Assembly: GCA_045536565.1 (NCBI GenBank)
Contig: JAZSNU010000012.1
Coordinates: forward strand, 1-19,833
Direction: 5' to 3'
Origin: Clostridia bacterium
GTDB taxonomy: Bacteria; Bacillota; Clostridia; TANB77; CAG-465
Length of the DNA: 19,833 nt
Shown: positions 1-9,383 of the stretch, in pieces
Numbering within the stretch: the stretch's first letter is position 1
Layout of the letters: each line of letters opens with the position of its first letter
Made by a program: the position numbers and the translations under genes
The notes under the pieces: model-generated
Told to the model about the DNA's origin: nothing
Seen by the model: the letters and a program-made list of their open reading frames with translations, nothing else
Database searches by the model: none

Positions 1-48
1 TATTTTTTTATTTTTTATCTCATTTTTAAATTCCAGTAACTTATCCAT
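1..48 (-). CDS. 5' fragment of a CDS running off the window edge (MDKLLEFKNEIKNKKI...), possibly MurD-like
   Basis: ATG at 48, GGAGG at 62-66, open for 16 codons to position 1. Upstream promoter TTGCAA-17-TATAAT (72-100). The resemblance to clostridial MurD N-termini is from memory and weak. Confidence 0.5.
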   Translation of the reverse strand, partial: MDKLLEFKNEIKNKKI

Positions 49-145
49 ATATTTATTTCTACCTCCGCCTCATTATATTACATATGTATGCAATTTGCAA
101 TATTTCAAATATTTTTTTACATTATTTTTACACACCTATACTATA

Positions 146-183
146 AAAAAATAGAGATTGGTATTACCCAATCTCTATTTTTT
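146..183 (-). terminator. Intrinsic terminator after the 79-aa ORF
   Basis: Inverted repeat AAAAAATAGAGATTGG / CCAATCTCTATTTTTT with A/T tails, at the ORF stop. Confidence 0.8.
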
Positions 184-421
184 ACATAGTAAAACAACTC
201 TTTGCAATCTCTTTTGTAGCAAATGTAAGCACATAAGTCAGCCCGGTTGCTGAATAAAGCGAATGATTTTGAACACACACCCATCCTTTTTGAAACATAT
301 GCTTTAAAACAAGTTCTTTTTTCTCCACATCATAAACATTAATGCATATAACCGAATTTTTCTGTGCTCGTTTATCCAATTCTTCACGAAGTTCTTGCAT
401 TGTTTTATACACAAATATCAT
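182..421 (-). CDS. Hypothetical protein, 79 aa
   Basis: ORF with AAGGAG just upstream, candidate promoter TTGAGT-17-TACAAT (467-495) and its own terminator. No recognisable domain. Confidence 0.65.
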   Translation of the reverse strand: MIFVYKTMQELREELDKRAQKNSVICINVYDVEKKELVLKHMFQKGWVCVQNHSLYSATGLTYVLTFATKEIAKSCFTM

Positions 422-513
422 CTCCTTAATAAATTATTATTAAATATTTCAAATTAATTTAAACAAATTGTATCATATTTGCTATGTTTACTCAACCATA
501 TAATATAAAAAGA

Positions 514-545
514 GAAAAAAATATCGCATATATAAATATGCGATA
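514..545 (-). terminator. Intrinsic terminator after hup
   Basis: TATCGCATAT / ATATGCGATA stem followed by a T-run on the minus strand. Confidence 0.7.
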
Positions 546-564
546 CTTTAACTTCTAAATATAA

Positions 565-843
565 TTATTTTCCGTTAACTGTTTCTTTAAGAGCTTTTCC
601 AGCTTTGAATACAGGTGCTTTAGAAGCAGGTATTTTTATTTCTTCTCTAGTTAAAGGATTTCTTCCTTTTCTAGCTGCTCTTTGTCTTACTTCGAAAGTT
701 CCAAATCCAACTAATTGAACTTTTTCACCTTTCTTTAATGCGCCTTCAACAGATGCTACGAATGCATCCAATGCAGCTTCAGCAGCTTTTTTTGTTAATT
801 TGCTTTCTTCAGCGATTTTTGCGATTAATTCTCCTTTATTCAT
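565..843 (-). CDS. hup: DNA-binding protein HU
   Basis: [12 protein letters not shown]..., [33 protein letters not shown] are HU signatures. AGGAGG RBS. Confidence 0.97.
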   Translation of the reverse strand: MNKGELIAKIAEESKLTKKAAEAALDAFVASVEGALKKGEKVQLVGFGTFEVRQRAARKGRNPLTREEIKIPASKAPVFKAGKALKETVNGK

Positions 844-879
844 CTTAATTTACCTCCTATTTTTTAAGATTACACTTAT

Positions 880-908
880 GTTATACTTTATTTGTTGAAT
901 ATTGTCAA
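880..908 (-). promoter_or_regulatory. Sigma-A-type promoter for hup
   Basis: TTGACA-17 nt-TATAAC. Confidence 0.7.
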
Positions 909-916
909 CACTTTTT

Positions 917-2518
917 TTAAAGTTTTTTTAACTTTTTTACAATTTTACATATTTTGTTTCCATAAGGAAGTTCCATAATTTCATCATCACTCAACGCACC
1001 TAAATTTGCTATACATATTACATATGTAAGAACAGCGATAACTATACTTAGTAGTGTAGCAACAGAATTTGATTTTGTTATGTAATGTATAAGATAATAA
1101 CCTAAAATTGTAACAACTGCCATTACACATGATGCCATAAATGGTTTTCCAAGTATATTTTTTTTATCATATTTTGTATTTAATGTCGAATATAGACAAG
1201 TTGTTGATACTACAACTGCTATTAATTGATATATTAATGTTGTTATTGGTACTACGACTTCACCAAAAAACGGTACAAATATTACATTCAAAAAATATTT
1301 TACCACAGCACCTATGGCCAAAGATATTCCAGGTATATATAACTTACCTAGTCCATGGAGTGAGCCATAAGCCGTTTGTGCAAGAACTGAAAATATAACT
1401 ACAAATGCTTCTATTCTAAGCAAGTATGCACCTTCACTTGCATTTGGAAATAGCATTTGTATTATTGGCCCTGCAAGTATTGAAAGCCCTACTGCACAAG
1501 GAAATGCTATTATGGACGATATTTTCATCGAGTAATTTATTTTTGATATCGCCTCTTTTTTCTTTCCTCTTGTTATAGCGCTTGTAACAACTGGTACTAA
1601 CGAAGTTGAAAAAGCAACATTCAGCGCAAGTGGTACTGATGTTAGTATGTCAACTTTTCCAAGTATTATACCAAACTTTTCATTTGCTTGTTCTATTGTA
1701 TAACCAAATTTTTGTAACCCTTCCATTACAGTTACTAAGTCTATCATACCCGCTAGCGTTACTACTATACTACCAAAAGAAATCGGAATAACATAATGAA
1801 TTATCTTTTTAACAATTTGTCTTCTTCCCTCTTGCTGAACTTCTGCCCCATTTTTAATATTTTCTTTTATATCACTTCTACTTCTTCTGTAATATATAAA
1901 TAGATAGACAAGGGCCACCAAGGTCGACACAGCTGTTGCTGCCGTTGAGCCAGCTGCCATTATCTCTGGCGATTTTGTAACTAACATCATTACAAATACG
2001 ATGGATAATATACTGTTTACTATTTGTTCTATTATTTGTGCAACACTATGTGCAATCATATTTTCCATTCCAACAAAGTATCCTCTAAATACGGATGCAA
2101 TTGATACAAAAAGTACTGCTGGTGATAATACCATTAAAGTATATCTTACACCTGGATTAGAAAGTATATTTGTTGCAACAAAATTTGATGAGAAAAATAA
2201 TAGTAATGCAAAAAATATTCCTACTGCCGTAAAAACAGTAAGTGCTGTTTTAAATACTTTATGCGCTCCTCTATTATCTCCCACCGCTAATTTTTCTGAA
2301 ACTAATTTTGAAATAGTATTCGGTATACCCATAGTTGCTACTGCAAGTATAAACGAATACACTTTATACCCTGCACCATAATAGCTGTTACCAATATCAC
2401 TAAATCCTTCTACATTAGTAAGTATTATTCTATAAATAAACCCAAATATTTTAATTAGTATTTGAGATATCATTATAACTAAGACACCTTTCATAAAGGT
2501 TTGTTTTTTAATAGCCAA
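917..2518 (-). CDS. MOP-superfamily flippase (SpoVB/YabM/YtgP MurJ-like polysaccharide biosynthesis protein)
   Basis: 533 aa with many hydrophobic helices. Motifs KIFGFIYRI, GIPNTISKLVSE, FRGYFVG, QIIEQIV and C-terminal ELPYGNKI are typical of the family. TTG start with GGTGG RBS. Confidence 0.85.
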   Translation of the reverse strand: MAIKKQTFMKGVLVIMISQILIKIFGFIYRIILTNVEGFSDIGNSYYGAGYKVYSFILAVATMGIPNTISKLVSEKLAVGDNRGAHKVFKTALTVFTAVGIFFALLLFFSSNFVATNILSNPGVRYTLMVLSPAVLFVSIASVFRGYFVGMENMIAHSVAQIIEQIVNSILSIVFVMMLVTKSPEIMAAGSTAATAVSTLVALVYLFIYYRRSRSDIKENIKNGAEVQQEGRRQIVKKIIHYVIPISFGSIVVTLAGMIDLVTVMEGLQKFGYTIEQANEKFGIILGKVDILTSVPLALNVAFSTSLVPVVTSAITRGKKKEAISKINYSMKISSIIAFPCAVGLSILAGPIIQMLFPNASEGAYLLRIEAFVVIFSVLAQTAYGSLHGLGKLYIPGISLAIGAVVKYFLNVIFVPFFGEVVVPITTLIYQLIAVVVSTTCLYSTLNTKYDKKNILGKPFMASCVMAVVTILGYYLIHYITKSNSVATLLSIVIAVLTYVICIANLGALSDDEIMELPYGNKICKIVKKLKKL

Positions 2519-2613
2519 AATTACACCACCTAATTATATATAATTCAATTAAATAAATTATATGCCAAAGGAAAAAATATTTCAATATTTTTTAGCTTTT
2601 AAATTATATCTTC

Positions 2614-2642
2614 TTTACACTTTACTCTTTTGAATGTATAAT
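2614..2642 (+). promoter_or_regulatory. Sigma-A-type promoter for tsaE-tsaB-rimI
   Basis: TTTACA-17 nt-TATAAT. Confidence 0.6.
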
Positions 2643-2658
2643 ATTTATGGTGAATTAA

Positions 2659-3105
2659 ATGAAAGAATACATATCAAATAGCGAACTAGAAACAGAAAAA
2701 ATAGCATATGAATTTGCAGAAACATTAGATAACAATAGTATAGTTGTTTTAAATGGAGATTTAGGTGCAGGTAAAACAAAATTTGTATATGGACTTGCTA
2801 AATATTTTAATATTTCAAATTTAGTTTGTAGTCCTACTTTTACAATCGTAAATGAATATCCTGTAAATTCAAATAAAGTATCAAACATATATCACTTTGA
2901 TGTATATAGATTAACTGGAAGTGATGATTTTATAGATTCAATTGGAACAGAATATTTTGAAAAAGGCTTATGCATAATTGAGTGGGGAAAAATTATAGAA
3001 GATATACTTCCTCAAAATACAGTATATGTTAATATAGAACATGTAGAAAGCAAAGATAATGTTAGAAAAATAACAATATATGAAAAAGGAGATGTGAAAA
3101 TCTAA
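2659..3105 (+). CDS. tsaE: tRNA threonylcarbamoyladenosine biosynthesis ATPase TsaE
   Basis: Walker A LNGDLGAGKT, SPTFTIVNEY, YHFDVYRL, IIEWG. Confidence 0.95.
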   Translation: MKEYISNSELETEKIAYEFAETLDNNSIVVLNGDLGAGKTKFVYGLAKYFNISNLVCSPTFTIVNEYPVNSNKVSNIYHFDVYRLTGSDDFIDSIGTEYFEKGLCIIEWGKIIEDILPQNTVYVNIEHVESKDNVRKITIYEKGDVKI

Positions 3106-3839
3106 TGAACATTTTAGCAATAGATACTTCAACAAAAAAAGCAAATGTTTGTATAAAGAGAGAAACAGAAATATTTAATAAAAGTATAGATAATGAAATT
3201 ACACATTCTGAAAAATTACTTCCACTAATTGATGAATCTTTAAAGGAGGCTAATTTAAAATTATCAGATATGAATTGTTTAGCTTGCTGTATTGGGCCAG
3301 GCTCATTTACTGGTATAAGAATTGGAATTGCAACGATAAAAGCTTTTGCGAAAGTATTAGATGTTCCTATTTATGCAATTCCTAGTCTAGATGTAGTTGC
3401 ATACTCACATATAGATGAAGAATCTGATTATGTTTTATCTATTATGGATGCAAAAAATAGTCGTATATACTATTGCTTATACAAAGTAAATGAATACTCT
3501 ATTTTAGAGCCAATAGTGGATTATTCAAACGATGTTATAGATGCTGCATTAGAAAAGGTAATTGCTGCTTTATCAAACAAAAATCATTCTACTCTATCTT
3601 CAATCACAATTATTGGAGATTGTGCAAATAACTATAAAGAATTATTTGAAGAAAAACTTACTGCTATATTTAGTAACATCACAACATATAACGAAACAAT
3701 TTCAGCAGATGCTCTTATCGAGGCAACTCAAACTTGTGTTGATAATGATTTAAATAGTTATAAAAAAGATTATTTAACATTAGATGCTTTATATGTAAGA
3801 CCATCACAAGCAGAAAGGGCAAAAAACAATGAATTATAA
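3105..3839 (+). CDS. tsaB: tRNA threonylcarbamoyladenosine biosynthesis protein TsaB
   Basis: MNILAIDTS, HSEKLLPLI, GPGSFTGIRIG, YVRPSQAER. Overlaps the tsaE stop (TAATG). Confidence 0.95.
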   Translation: MNILAIDTSTKKANVCIKRETEIFNKSIDNEITHSEKLLPLIDESLKEANLKLSDMNCLACCIGPGSFTGIRIGIATIKAFAKVLDVPIYAIPSLDVVAYSHIDEESDYVLSIMDAKNSRIYYCLYKVNEYSILEPIVDYSNDVIDAALEKVIAALSNKNHSTLSSITIIGDCANNYKELFEEKLTAIFSNITTYNETISADALIEATQTCVDNDLNSYKKDYLTLDALYVRPSQAERAKNNEL

Positions 3840-4269
3840 CATAGAAAAAGCGACAATAAACGATTTAGATGAATTATTTAACATGCAAAAAAATTTAGAA
3901 CATCTTTTAATATCATATAACTCTTTAAAAGAAGATTTAAACAGTAACAATAAAACATATTATATTGCAAAAGATAACAATAATATAATTGGATTTGTTG
4001 GACTTTGTTTACTTGTTGATAATATCGATATAGATTATATATTAGTAAAAGATGAATTTAAAAGAAAACATATAGCTTCTTCTCTTTTAGAATATGCACT
4101 TGAATACTGTAAATCAAAGAATATAACAAAGGTATTTTTAGAAGTTAGAGAAAGTAATATTCCTGCAATAAAATTATATGAGAAATTTAATTTTAAAAAC
4201 ATATCTATAAGAAAAAACTACTATCCAGATAATAAAGAAGATGCATTAATTTATATGCTAAAAATATAG
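3829..4269 (+). CDS. rimI: Ribosomal protein S18 alanine N-acetyltransferase (GNAT)
   Basis: FLEVRESNIPAIKLYEKFNF...RKNYY...EDALIY motif, in its canonical position after tsaB. Confidence 0.9.
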   Translation: MNYNIEKATINDLDELFNMQKNLEHLLISYNSLKEDLNSNNKTYYIAKDNNNIIGFVGLCLLVDNIDIDYILVKDEFKRKHIASSLLEYALEYCKSKNITKVFLEVRESNIPAIKLYEKFNFKNISIRKNYYPDNKEDALIYMLKI

Positions 4270-4300
4270 CGAAGATATTTTATATATCCTCGCTATATTT
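4262..4300. terminator. Bidirectional terminator between convergent rimI and hydrolase genes
   Basis: AAATATAGCGA-A-GATAT / ATATC-C-TCGCTATATTT inverted repeat. Confidence 0.7.
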
Positions 4301-4301
4301 A

Positions 4302-5021
4302 TTATTCTTTTATTAAACCAAGTTCAGTATACTCATCAATTACTTTATCTATTGCTTCTTCAATATATGTAAGCACCTCGGTATTAGATAAAAGTTCCAT
4401 TGAATCAATTTCTTGCTCATTTTCAACATCTTCTAATGTGTTTTCTTCTATTTTTTCAATAGTTTCTTCTGTAAATTCTAAATAATACGATATTTGCTCA
4501 ATTAATCTATATATTTCTTGATATTCAAATTCTTCCATTTTCGGATCATCAATATTCATATCATCAAATTTTTTCAAATTAATTTTATATAGATTAAATA
4601 TATATGGATTTATTTTACCATAATCACTATACATCATTTTTTTAAAATCGTCATAAGGAATATAATCATCAATATCCCTTAATAATATTTGTTGTTTATC
4701 TTCTGTTATTGATATAACATGATTTGGTATATAATCTCTAAACCAAATATCATCTGATATTAAATGGCACAAATATCCTTGTATAAAAGGCTCATTTAAT
4801 CTATTTTTATACTTTTTTAAGAATTTATCTATATCAGGAACTTCCCTTTCGGAATCATTTATAACTATTTTCTTTAAAAAATGTGATATATATCTAGACT
4901 GATTTGTTAATTTACTTAAATCAGGGGCAAGATTACCAATTAAAAATTCCTTTCTATCTGAATTGTTTAACTTTTGTGCTACTTTTTTACCTATACATAA
5001 ATGCATAACTGCTGATCCCAT
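4302..5021 (-). CDS. Zinc-dependent phospholipase C-like family metal-dependent hydrolase
   Basis: N-terminal His (VMHLCIG), GNLAPD, SHF and GYLCHLISDDIW metal-ligand pattern. Confidence 0.7.
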   Translation of the reverse strand: MGSAVMHLCIGKKVAQKLNNSDRKEFLIGNLAPDLSKLTNQSRYISHFLKKIVINDSEREVPDIDKFLKKYKNRLNEPFIQGYLCHLISDDIWFRDYIPNHVISITEDKQQILLRDIDDYIPYDDFKKMMYSDYGKINPYIFNLYKINLKKFDDMNIDDPKMEEFEYQEIYRLIEQISYYLEFTEETIEKIEENTLEDVENEQEIDSMELLSNTEVLTYIEEAIDKVIDEYTELGLIKE

Positions 5022-5111
5022 ATTACCACCTCAAAACGATAATAACATAGAAAAACAAATATTGCAATATTAAGTAATTAATATTTTTATAATATTCAAT
5101 ACTAATTGCTA

Positions 5112-5143
5112 AAAAAAGAACTGGGATTTCCCAGTTCTTTTTT
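5112..5143 (-). terminator. Intrinsic terminator after the sigma factor gene
   Basis: AAAAAAGAACTGGG / CCCAGTTCTTTTTT perfect stem with tails. Confidence 0.85.
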
Positions 5144-6042
5144 CAGCCTGTATATGAGTCCAAAAATGGTCTTAATTCTGCCTTCGTGTTTCCTTTCATT
5201 CTTAATTTTCTTAAAGCCTTAGCCTCGATTTGTCTTACTCTCTCACGAGTAACGCCTATTTTTTCGCCTATTTCTTCAAGAGTTCTTGTTCTACCATCTT
5301 CTAAACCAAATCTTAATGATATAACATTCTGTTCTTTTTGGGTTAATGTTTCTGGTAATATTCTATCCATAACTCTTTTTAGTTCTATTCTACCAGTAAC
5401 AACTTCTTCAATAGTTTCACCATCATCAGGTAATATTTCATCAAGAGTTGCATCTTCACTATCACCGATTGGCTGAGAAAACGACACGGGTTCCAAAAGG
5501 ATTTTTTCCAATTCCATCACTTTTTCTTCTGTAAATCCTAATGCATCTGCTATTTCTCGTGTAGTTGGTGCATATCCTTTTATTTTTTCATGCTCTCTTC
5601 TAAACCTGTTGTATTTAACAAGATCCTCTGTTACATGCACCGGAATTCTAATTGTTCTTGCGTTATCTGCAATACTTCTTCCTACTGCTTGTCTTATCCA
5701 CCAAGTTGCATATGTGCTAAACTTGTTACCAAGCGACGGATCGAACTTATCAACGGCTTTCATTAGACCCAAATTTCCTTCCTGAACAAGATCTAAAAAT
5801 GGTAATCCTTTATTAGCATATCTCTTAGCTATAGCAACTACAAGCCGTAGATTCTTTTCTATAAACTCTCTTTTTGCATTTTCATCTCCTGCTTTAATTC
5901 TCTCAAAGTATTTTATTTCTTCTTCAGGTGTACACACTTCTTCTTTTAAAGATGATAAATAAATTTTTACATTATCCATAGATATTGTATTTTCGTCACC
6001 AATATTAAACTCGTTATCTTTATTTCTATTTCCAAAATACAT
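5143..6042 (-). CDS. RpoD/SigA-like sigma-70 factor paralogue lacking region 1.1
   Basis: NLRLVVAIAKRY, DLVQEGNLGLMKAVDKFD, KFSTYATWWIRQ, RTIRIPVH, RTLEEIG...VTRERVRQIEAKALRKLR. Only 299 aa, and no dnaG upstream. Confidence 0.9.
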   Translation of the reverse strand: MYFGNRNKDNEFNIGDENTISMDNVKIYLSSLKEEVCTPEEEIKYFERIKAGDENAKREFIEKNLRLVVAIAKRYANKGLPFLDLVQEGNLGLMKAVDKFDPSLGNKFSTYATWWIRQAVGRSIADNARTIRIPVHVTEDLVKYNRFRREHEKIKGYAPTTREIADALGFTEEKVMELEKILLEPVSFSQPIGDSEDATLDEILPDDGETIEEVVTGRIELKRVMDRILPETLTQKEQNVISLRFGLEDGRTRTLEEIGEKIGVTRERVRQIEAKALRKLRMKGNTKAELRPFLDSYTG

Positions 6043-6097
6043 TAATATCGTTCCTTTCTTATAAATTATTATAGAATCTCATATACTAACTTTTTAT

Positions 6098-6126
6098 ATT
6101 ATACCATATTTATGTAAATTAGTCAA
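6098..6126 (-). promoter_or_regulatory. Sigma-A-type promoter with extended -10 for the sigma factor gene
   Basis: TTGACT-17 nt-TATAAT, with TG-N before the -10. Confidence 0.7.
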
Positions 6127-6305
6127 ACGAAAATTCGATTTGTTACCCGATTTATATTTCTTGTTTGTTACAGATATATTACAATACAGTTTTAACTTTG
6201 TTTTTTATTAATATTTGTTGAATATTTTTAGATTTTATTATATATTTTCTATGAGAGTTTATATATAAATATATCTTCTCAAAATATTAAATTTAGAGGT
6301 AACAT

Positions 6306-8702
6306 ATGAGAAAAATTAAAGAGTTAAAATACACAGATTTAAATAACGAATGTCCACTTAATGCATTCAAATTTAAAACAACTAATGACTTAGAAACATA
6401 TAATGGAATTATCGGTCAAGAAAGAGCATTAGAAGCAGTAAAAACTGCTATGCAAATATATCAAAGAGGCTTTAATCTTTATGTTTGCGGAAATGTTGGT
6501 ATGGGTAAAACTGCTTATGTATTATCAGTTGTTAACAAACTTGCAAAAAAACAAGAAATCCCAAACGACCTTTGTTATATATATAATTTTGATAATCCAA
6601 ATGAGCCACTTGCATTATCCCTTCCTGCTGGACAAGGAAGAATACTTAAAGAAGATATGAATAAATTTATCTCTTCTATTCGCGCTGAACTTACAAAATC
6701 TTTTGCTTCTTCTGATATTGAAAAAGAAAAGAAAGTAATAGTAAGCCAATACGAAGAAAAGAAAAATGAAATAATGAGAAAATTTGATGAATATACTACA
6801 TCAGAAGGATTTAAAATAAAAACTACTGAAACAGGTATATACTTCTCACCTATATATAACGGAAATGTATTAAATGAAGAACAATTTAATAGTTTAGACG
6901 ATTCTATTAAAAAAACTTTTGAAGAAAAATCACCCAAAATACAAGCCGAAACGATGGAAGTAATGAAAAAAATAGAATGTTTAGATAAAGAATGTACTAT
7001 TAAGGTTTCTGAATGGCAAGCAAACTTCACTACATACATTGTTTCAAAAAACATTAATAATTTAAAACTTAAACATAAGGATAATTTAAAAATACAAAAC
7101 TTTTTCTTTAATGTTCAGAATGATATAGTAAAAAATATTGAACATTTTAAACCAAAGGCTACAACTCCTAATATGGTTCCTATGCCTAACCAAATTCGCT
7201 TAGAACAAAGGCCATGGGAAAAATATAGAGTTAATTTACTTGTTAATAACGAAAATTTAAAACAAGCGCCTGTAATTGTTTGCACTAACCCTAGTTATTA
7301 TGATTTATTTGGTAAATTAGAATATGAAAATCAAATGGGAAGTTTAAAAACAGATCATACAATGCTTAAACCAGGTCTGCTTCATAAAGCAAATGGTGGT
7401 TACCTTTTAATAAATGCAAGAGATTTAATGTGCAATATGACTTTATGGGAAGCCTTTAAACGAGTTCTAAGAAACTGTGAACTAACAATTGACAGTTCGA
7501 GAGATATGGCAGCAGGAAATACTATTATTAGTTTAAAGCCTGAACTTATTCCTTTAAACTTACAAGTGGTTCTTATTGGTAGTGAATCTATCTATATGCA
7601 GCTTTCAAATATGGATTCTGATTTCAAAAAACTATTTAAAATGAAAGCAGACTTTGATGATACTATTCCAAGAAATGCAAATAATGTTCAAAGAACTGCC
7701 GAATATGTTGCATTCGTAGTAAAGAAAGATAACTTATTACCTTTCAAAAAAGAAGCTGTAAAAGAAATTGTTGAATACAGTTCAAGATGTGCCGGTGATA
7801 AGAGAAAACTCACTGCTATGCAAGTTGATCTTACCGACATTATTATAGAAAGTTCATTTGTTGCAGATAAAAATGGTAAAAAATTAGTAGATTCTGAACA
7901 TGTAAAAACAGCTATTAAGGATAGATTAACTCGTTATTCTAAATATGATGATAATTTAAAAGAAATGATTAAATCAGGCTCTATTCTCTTAAAAACAGAT
8001 GGTGAAGATGTTGGTAGAATAAACGGCTTAACGATAATAAATACAGGAGATGCTAGCTTTGGTAAACCAGTTTTAATTACGGCTAACACTTACCTAGGTT
8101 CTTCTGGGGTTATAAACATTGAAAGAGAAGTTTCAATGAGTGGTACTACTCATTCAAAAGGTGTATACATTTTAGCAAGTTATATTGGAGAAAAATTTGC
8201 ACAAAACATTCCACTTAGCCTAACCGCAAGTCTATGCTTTGAACAGTTATATAACGGTGTTGATGGTGATAGTGCTTCTTCTACTGAATTATATGCTATT
8301 TTATCTTCCCTTTCAGAAGTTCCTATAAAACAAGGTATAGCAGTAACAGGTTCAGTTAACCAAAAAGGTGAAATTCAGCCTATTGGTGGCGTAACAGAAA
8401 AAATTGAAGGTTTCTTTGAAATATGTAAATATCAAGGTTTAACAGGAAACCAAGGTGTTATTATTCCTTATCAAAATGTAGACAATCTTGCTTTAAACGA
8501 AGAAGTTGTAGCCGCTGTAAAAGATGGTATGTTCCATATCTATCCTGTTTCAACTATCGATGAAGGAATAGAAATATTAACTGGTGTAAAAGCAGGTAAA
8601 TATCTAGAAGATAAAGAAATGTATGAAAAAAATAGCATAAATTATTTAACTTATGAAAAACTAAAACATTATGCTGAAAAATACAGAGAATATTGTAAAT
8701 AA
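6306..8702 (+). CDS. Lon-like protease, LonC/AAA_32 type (peptidase S16)
   Basis: IGQERA, Walker A GNVGMGKT, PGLLHKANGGYL, catalytic region FEQLYNGVDGDSASSTEL and IGGVTEKIEGFF. Confidence 0.9.
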   Translation: MRKIKELKYTDLNNECPLNAFKFKTTNDLETYNGIIGQERALEAVKTAMQIYQRGFNLYVCGNVGMGKTAYVLSVVNKLAKKQEIPNDLCYIYNFDNPNEPLALSLPAGQGRILKEDMNKFISSIRAELTKSFASSDIEKEKKVIVSQYEEKKNEIMRKFDEYTTSEGFKIKTTETGIYFSPIYNGNVLNEEQFNSLDDSIKKTFEEKSPKIQAETMEVMKKIECLDKECTIKVSEWQANFTTYIVSKNINNLKLKHKDNLKIQNFFFNVQNDIVKNIEHFKPKATTPNMVPMPNQIRLEQRPWEKYRVNLLVNNENLKQAPVIVCTNPSYYDLFGKLEYENQMGSLKTDHTMLKPGLLHKANGGYLLINARDLMCNMTLWEAFKRVLRNCELTIDSSRDMAAGNTIISLKPELIPLNLQVVLIGSESIYMQLSNMDSDFKKLFKMKADFDDTIPRNANNVQRTAEYVAFVVKKDNLLPFKKEAVKEIVEYSSRCAGDKRKLTAMQVDLTDIIIESSFVADKNGKKLVDSEHVKTAIKDRLTRYSKYDDNLKEMIKSGSILLKTDGEDVGRINGLTIINTGDASFGKPVLITANTYLGSSGVINIEREVSMSGTTHSKGVYILASYIGEKFAQNIPLSLTASLCFEQLYNGVDGDSASSTELYAILSSLSEVPIKQGIAVTGSVNQKGEIQPIGGVTEKIEGFFEICKYQGLTGNQGVIIPYQNVDNLALNEEVVAAVKDGMFHIYPVSTIDEGIEILTGVKAGKYLEDKEMYEKNSINYLTYEKLKHYAEKYREYCK

Positions 8703-8705
8703 TAT

Positions 8706-8732
8706 AAAAGCAATGCAAAACGCATTGCTTTT
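8706..8732. terminator. Bidirectional terminator between lonC-like and spoVT
   Basis: AAAAGCAATGC / GCATTGCTTTT. Confidence 0.8.
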
Positions 8733-8734
8733 CT

Positions 8735-9277
8735 CTATTCCATTTGTTTTTCTAATAGTGATGCAGCAAGTTTTATAACTTGTATATCATTATCTTTTAT
8801 ATTAACTTTATCCTCTTTTGAAAATGCTACAATACTTCCTATAACATCGCCCTCATCAATTATTGGTACTATAATTTGACATGCATATTTATTTTTATCA
8901 TCATTTTTAAATAATGATATTATTGGTTCGGTTTTGCTAGACCAAACTATTCTTTCATTTAAAATATCCACTACTTCTTCACTCAAATCTTTTCTAAGAT
9001 ATTCTTTTTTAGATTTTCCAGCAGATGATATAACATAGCTATTTGTTGTTATACATACATTTAATTCTACTTGATTTGCGAGTACTTCTACATATTGTTC
9101 TGCAAGTTTTGCTAAATTATCCATAGGCTCATATTTTTCAAGCATAATCACTCCATTATCTTGTACATATATTTCAAGCATATCTCCCTCTTTTATTTTT
9201 AAATTTTTCCTTATTTCCTTAGGAAGTACTATTCTTCCTAAATCATCAATTCTTCTTACTATACCAGTAGCTCTCAT
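8735..9277 (-). CDS. spoVT: Stage V sporulation protein T (AbrB-like N-terminus plus GAF-like C-terminus)
   Basis: MRATGIVRRIDDLGRIVLPKEIR, 180 aa, C-terminal PIIDEGDVIGSI and LEKQME. Confidence 0.9.
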   Translation of the reverse strand: MRATGIVRRIDDLGRIVLPKEIRKNLKIKEGDMLEIYVQDNGVIMLEKYEPMDNLAKLAEQYVEVLANQVELNVCITTNSYVISSAGKSKKEYLRKDLSEEVVDILNERIVWSSKTEPIISLFKNDDKNKYACQIIVPIIDEGDVIGSIVAFSKEDKVNIKDNDIQVIKLAASLLEKQME

Positions 9278-9304
9278 TTTTTCCCTCCAATATTATTACA
9301 AGTA

Positions 9305-9333
9305 TAGTATTGGTATTTTTTTACTTTTTATAC
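9305..9333 (-). promoter_or_regulatory. Possible sigma-G-type forespore promoter for spoVT
   Basis: GTATA-17 nt-AATACTA. spoVT is sigma-G controlled in Bacillus subtilis. The AT-rich context lowers specificity. Confidence 0.4.
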
Positions 9334-9339
9334 AATATA

Positions 9340-9370
9340 AAAAGCAAGATATTAAATTTATCTTGCTTTT
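9340..9370 (-). terminator. Terminator after the KAP NTPase gene
   Basis: AAAAGCAAGATA / TATCTTGCTTTT. Confidence 0.75.
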
Positions 9371-9383
9371 AGTATATATAATT

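Noticed and set aside
6139-6171. Direct repeat TTTGTTAC twice in the sigma/lonC intergenic region
   Set aside because: Only two 8-mers, 25 bp apart, in AT-rich DNA. This is too little to call an operator.
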